This document shows, in pieces, positions 60,189 through 64,000 of a stretch of 64,000 bases of DNA. The position numbers and the translations under genes are program-made. The stretch's first letter is position 1; each line of letters begins with the position of its first letter. The DNA is from the human T2T-CHM13v2.0 reference genome, Homo sapiens. Under the pieces are notes generated by a model that did not search any database, had not been told where the DNA came from, and saw nothing but the letters and a program-made list of their open reading frames with translations. The stretch lies in the NCBI RefSeq assembly GCF_009914755.1, contig NC_060940.1; one strand, 5' to 3'.

Positions 60189-63100
60189 ATTCCATTTGAG
60201 TCCAATCAATGATTCCATTCATTTCCATTCAATGATTCCATTCGAGTCCATTTGATCATTCTGGTAGGGTCCGTTCGATGTTGATTCCATTGGAGTGCAT
60301 TCGATGATTCCATTCGAGTCCATTTTATGATTTTATTCGAGTCCTTTCGATGATTCCATTCGATTCCACTCGATGATGATTTCATTCGAGTCCATTCGAC
60401 ACTTCCAATCGATTCCATTTGATGTTTCCATTCGAGTCCAATTGATGATTCCATTCAATTCCATTCGATGATGATTCCGTACGATTCCATTCTGTGATGA
60501 TTCCATGTGATTGCATTCAATGATGATTCCTTTCGATTGCATTCGATTATGATTCATTTCGTGTTCATTCTATGGTTCCACAGGTTTCCATTCGTGTCCA
60601 TTCCATTATTCCATTCTATTCCATTTGATGATGATTCCATTCGATTCCATTCATTGGTGATTCCACTCAATTCCATTCAATGATTCCATTCCATTTCTTT
60701 CAACAATGATTCCATTAGTTTCTAATCGATGATCCACTTGATTCCATTTGACGATGATTCCATTATTGTCCATTCGATGATTCCATTTGATTCCATATGA
60801 TGATGATTCCATTCGATTCCATACGATGAGGATTCCATTCGAGTCCATTCAATGGTGATTCCATTCAATTCCATTCGATGATTCCTTTCGATTCCATTCA
60901 ATGATGATGGCATTCGATTCCTTTCAATCATTCCCTTTGATTCCATTCAAAGGTGATTTCATTCAAGTCCATTCGATAATTGCATTCGATTCCATTCTAT
61001 GATGATTCCATTCGAGTCCATTTGATGATTCCATTCAATTCAAGTCAATGATGATTCCATTCGATTCCATTCGATGATTCCATTGGATTCCATTCGATGA
61101 TGATTCCATTCAAATCCATTCGATAATTCAATTCAAGTCCATTCGATGATGATTAAAATCGAATCCATTCAAAGATTCCATTCAGTTCCATTCGATGATT
61201 CCCTTAGATTCCATTCGATGATTCCACTTGATTCCATTTACGATGATTCCATTCGATTCCATGTGATGATTCCATTCAATTCTATTCAATGCTGTTTCCA
61301 TTTGATTCCATTCGACCATGATTGCCTTTGATTCCATTCAATGACTCCATTCGGTTCCTTTTGATGATGATTCCGTTCGATTCCATTTGATGATTCCATT
61401 TGATTCCATTGGATGAGTCCATTCGATTACATTCGATGATTATTCCATTCGAGTGCATTAGATGATTCCATTCGAGTCCATTCGATGATTCCATTCGATT
61501 CCATTCGATGTTGATTCTGTTCAAATCCATTCGATGATTCCACTCGATTCCATTCGATGACTCCAGTTGATCCCATTCGATGATTTCCTTTGATTCCCTT
61601 TGATGATCATTCCATTTGATTCAATTCGGTGATTTCATTTGATTCCATTCAGTGATGTTTCCATTCGACTCCATTCTATGATGATTCCATTCGACTCCAT
61701 TCGATTATGATTTCATTCAATTCCATTCGATAATGATTCCCTTCGAGTCCATTCGATGATTCCATTCGATTCCATTCAACGATGATTTGATTCGTGTCCA
61801 TTCGATGATTCCATTTGATTCCACTTGTTGATGATTCCATTCGAGTCCATTTGATGATTCCATTCAATTCCATTCTCCGATGATTTCTTTTGAGACCATT
61901 GAATGCTTCCACTCGATTCCATATGATGATGACTCCATTCGATGAAATTCGATGATGATTCCCTTTGATTCCATTCCAAGATGATTCCATTCTAGCCCAT
62001 TCAATCATTCCATTCGATTCTATTCAATGATGATTCCATTCATGTCGATTTTGTGATTCCATTTGACTTCATTTGATGATGATTCCTTTCAAGTTCATTA
62101 GATGTTTCCATTCGATTCCGTTTGATGATGATCCCATTCGAGTCCATTCAGTGATTCCACTCGTTTCCATTCCATGATGATTCCATTCCATTCCATTCAA
62201 TGATTCCATTCGATTCCGTTTGATGATGATTTCATTCGAGTCCATTTGATGATTCCATTTGATTCCATTCGATGATGATTCCATTCGAGTCCATTCGATG
62301 ATTCTATTCGAATCCATTTGATGATTTCTTTTGATTATAGTTGGTGATGATTCCATTGGAGTCCATTCAATGATTCCATTCGATTCCAATCGATGGTGAT
62401 TCCATTAGAGTCCATTTAATGATTCCATTTGATTCCAGTCTCTGATGATTACATTCGAGTCCATACGATGATTCCACTCAATTCCATATGATGATGATTC
62501 CATTCGATTCCATTCGATGATTCCATTCTATTCTATTCAATGGTGATTCCATTCGAGTACATTAGATGATTACATTCGATTCCATTCAATGATGATTCTA
62601 TTTGTGTCCCTTAGATGATTCCACATGATTCCATTAGATGATGATACTATTTGAGCCCATCCAATGATTCCCTTCGATTCCATTCGATGAGGATTCCATT
62701 CGATTCAATTCATTGGTGATTCTATTCAATTCAATTCTTTGATTCCATTCCATTCCATTCGACAATGATTCCATTCGATTTCTTTCGATGATTCCACTCG
62801 ATTCCACTTGACATTGATTCCCTTCGATTCCATTCAATGATTCCATTTGATTCCAGTGGATGATGATTGCCATCGATTCCATTCGATCACTCCATTCTAT
62901 TCCATTTGATGATGATTACATTCGATTCCATTTGACGATTCCATCTGATTCTATTCGAGGATTCCATTTGATTCCATTCGATGATGATTCCATTCGAGTC
63001 CATTCGATGATTTCATTCGAGTACATCCAATGATTCCATTCGAGTCCATTTGATGATTCCATTTGATTCCATTTGATAATGATTCTACTAGAGTCCATTC

Positions 63101-64000
63101 AATGACTCCATTCGAGTCCATTCAACAATTCCATTCGACTCCATTCGATGATTCCATTCGATTCCATTTGATGATTCCATTCGAGTCCATTTAATCATTA
63201 CAGTCGAGTCCATTTGGTGATTCCGCTGGATTTCCTTTGATAATGATATCATTCAATTACATTTGATGATGATCCCATTCAATTTCATTTGATGATGATT
63301 CCATTAGAGTCCATTCGATGATTTTATTCGAGTCCCTTCATTGATTCCATCCGATTTCATTGGATGATGACTCCATTCGAGTCCATTCGATGATTCCACT
63401 TGATTCCATTAGATGATTCCATTGGAGTCCATTTGATTGTTCCATTCGATTCCATTCGATTCCTTTCGAAGATTATTCCATTTGAGTGCATTCGATGATG
63501 ATTCCATTCCATTCCATTCGATGATTCCGTTTGATTCCATTCGATGATTCCCTTCGATTCCTTTCTTTGATGATTCCATTCCATTCCATTCAATGATTCC
63601 ATTCGAATCTATTCCATGATGATTCCTTTCGATTCCATTCGCTGATGTTTCCGTTCAATTCCATTCGATGATGATTCCATTCGATTCCATTCATTGAGGA
63701 TTCCATTTGATTCCATTCAATGATGATTCCATTCTATTCCATTCAATGATTGCATTCAATTCCATTCAATGATTATCCCATTAGAGTAAACTCAACGATT
63801 CCATTCAATACCATTCGATGATGATTCCTTTTGAGTCCATTCAATGATTTCATTCAAGTCCATTTGATGATTCCTTTCAATTCCATTCTATGATGATTCC
63901 ATTCGAGTCCATTCGATGATTCCATTCGATTGCATTCGATGATTCCATTATATTCCATTCAACGAAGATTCCATTCGAGTCCATTCGATGATTCCATTAG
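60189..64000 (+). repeat. Unit 12: type C unit (570-bp deletion), truncated by the window end
   Basis: TTCTGGTAGGGTCC at 60259 and the 570-bp deletion junction at 61947-61962. Confidence 0.88.

Larger units (their letters stand above)
1..64000 (+). repeat. Human satellite II (HSat2/HSATII) pericentromeric tandem array, probably subfamily HSat2B (~6.1-kb unit, chr16-type)
   Basis: Continuous ATTCC/CATTC-derived sequence with the HSat2-diagnostic CATTCGATTC and GATGATTCCATTCGAGTCC motifs in 23/26-bp modules. Pure CATTC runs are short (about 3 copies) and orientation is the same throughout. Landmark spacing in intact units is 6109, 6089 and 6111 bp. The family call is firm; subfamily and chromosome are inferred from the period only. 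Confidence 0.97.

Noticed and set aside
16370-61331. Recurrent plus-strand 61-aa ORF (MMIKIESIQRF...)
   Set aside because: It exists only where a local indel removes a stop in the satellite. Its recurrence reflects unit duplication, not coding constraint.
18-63602. Many minus-strand ORFs of 60-165 aa (MESSSNGIEWNH-like, longest 41681-42178)
   Set aside because: These are direct translations of the GAATG strand, which is ATG-rich and stop-poor. They are low complexity, overlap in different frames, recur with each unit and have no recognisable domain, so they are not genes.
1-64000. CRISPR-like array or other prokaryotic repeat system
   Set aside because: There are no constant repeats separated by unique spacers and no cas or other genes. 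The sequence is continuous degenerate pentamer satellite.
1-64000. HSat3, alpha satellite or telomeric repeat
   Set aside because: No long (CATTC)n runs, no 171-bp monomer or CENP-B box, and no TTAGGG arrays were seen. The CATTCGATTC/GATGAT content is HSat2-type.
1-64000. Inversion breakpoint or Alu/L1/ERV insertion
   Set aside because: No switch to GAATG-rich sequence on the + strand, poly(A) tail or non-satellite island was seen while reading through the window.
1-64000. Specific HSATII ncRNA transcription unit or DUX4-responsive sites (TAATGGAATCA-like on the minus strand)
   Set aside because: HSATII transcription is known in general, but no start, end or functional site can be located from this sequence alone. 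Such motifs arise trivially from the repeat consensus.

Overview
The whole 64 kb window is one uninterrupted array of classical human-type Satellite II (HSat2/HSATII). It consists of diverged (CATTC)n pentamers in 23/26-bp modules such as ATTCCATTCGATTCCATTCGATGATG, with the CATTC strand on + throughout. I see no genes, RNA genes, transposon insertions or inversions, and all listed ORFs are translation artefacts of the satellite. Unique landmarks (e.g. TTCCGGTAGGGTCC, GGTTCCACAGGTTTCC) resolve 12 tandem kb-scale units starting at 1, 4131, 8261, 15413, 20955, 26497, 31255, 37364, 43453, 48225, 54078 and 60189. Their lengths are 4130, 4130, 7152, 5542, 5542, 4758, 6109, 6089, 4772, 5853, 6111 and a truncated last unit. 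The intact period of about 6.11 kb matches the ~6.1-kb unit known for the HSat2B array of human chromosome 16 pericentromeric heterochromatin; this assignment is inferred, not verified. I do not find a new gene system. The notable signal is the rearrangement record: a 4.13-kb variant with a foreign ~1.83-kb core, a recurrent 570-bp deletion, a 1299-bp insert from another unit haplotype, recent near-perfect tandem duplications, and a unit-type junction that recurs about 40 kb apart.
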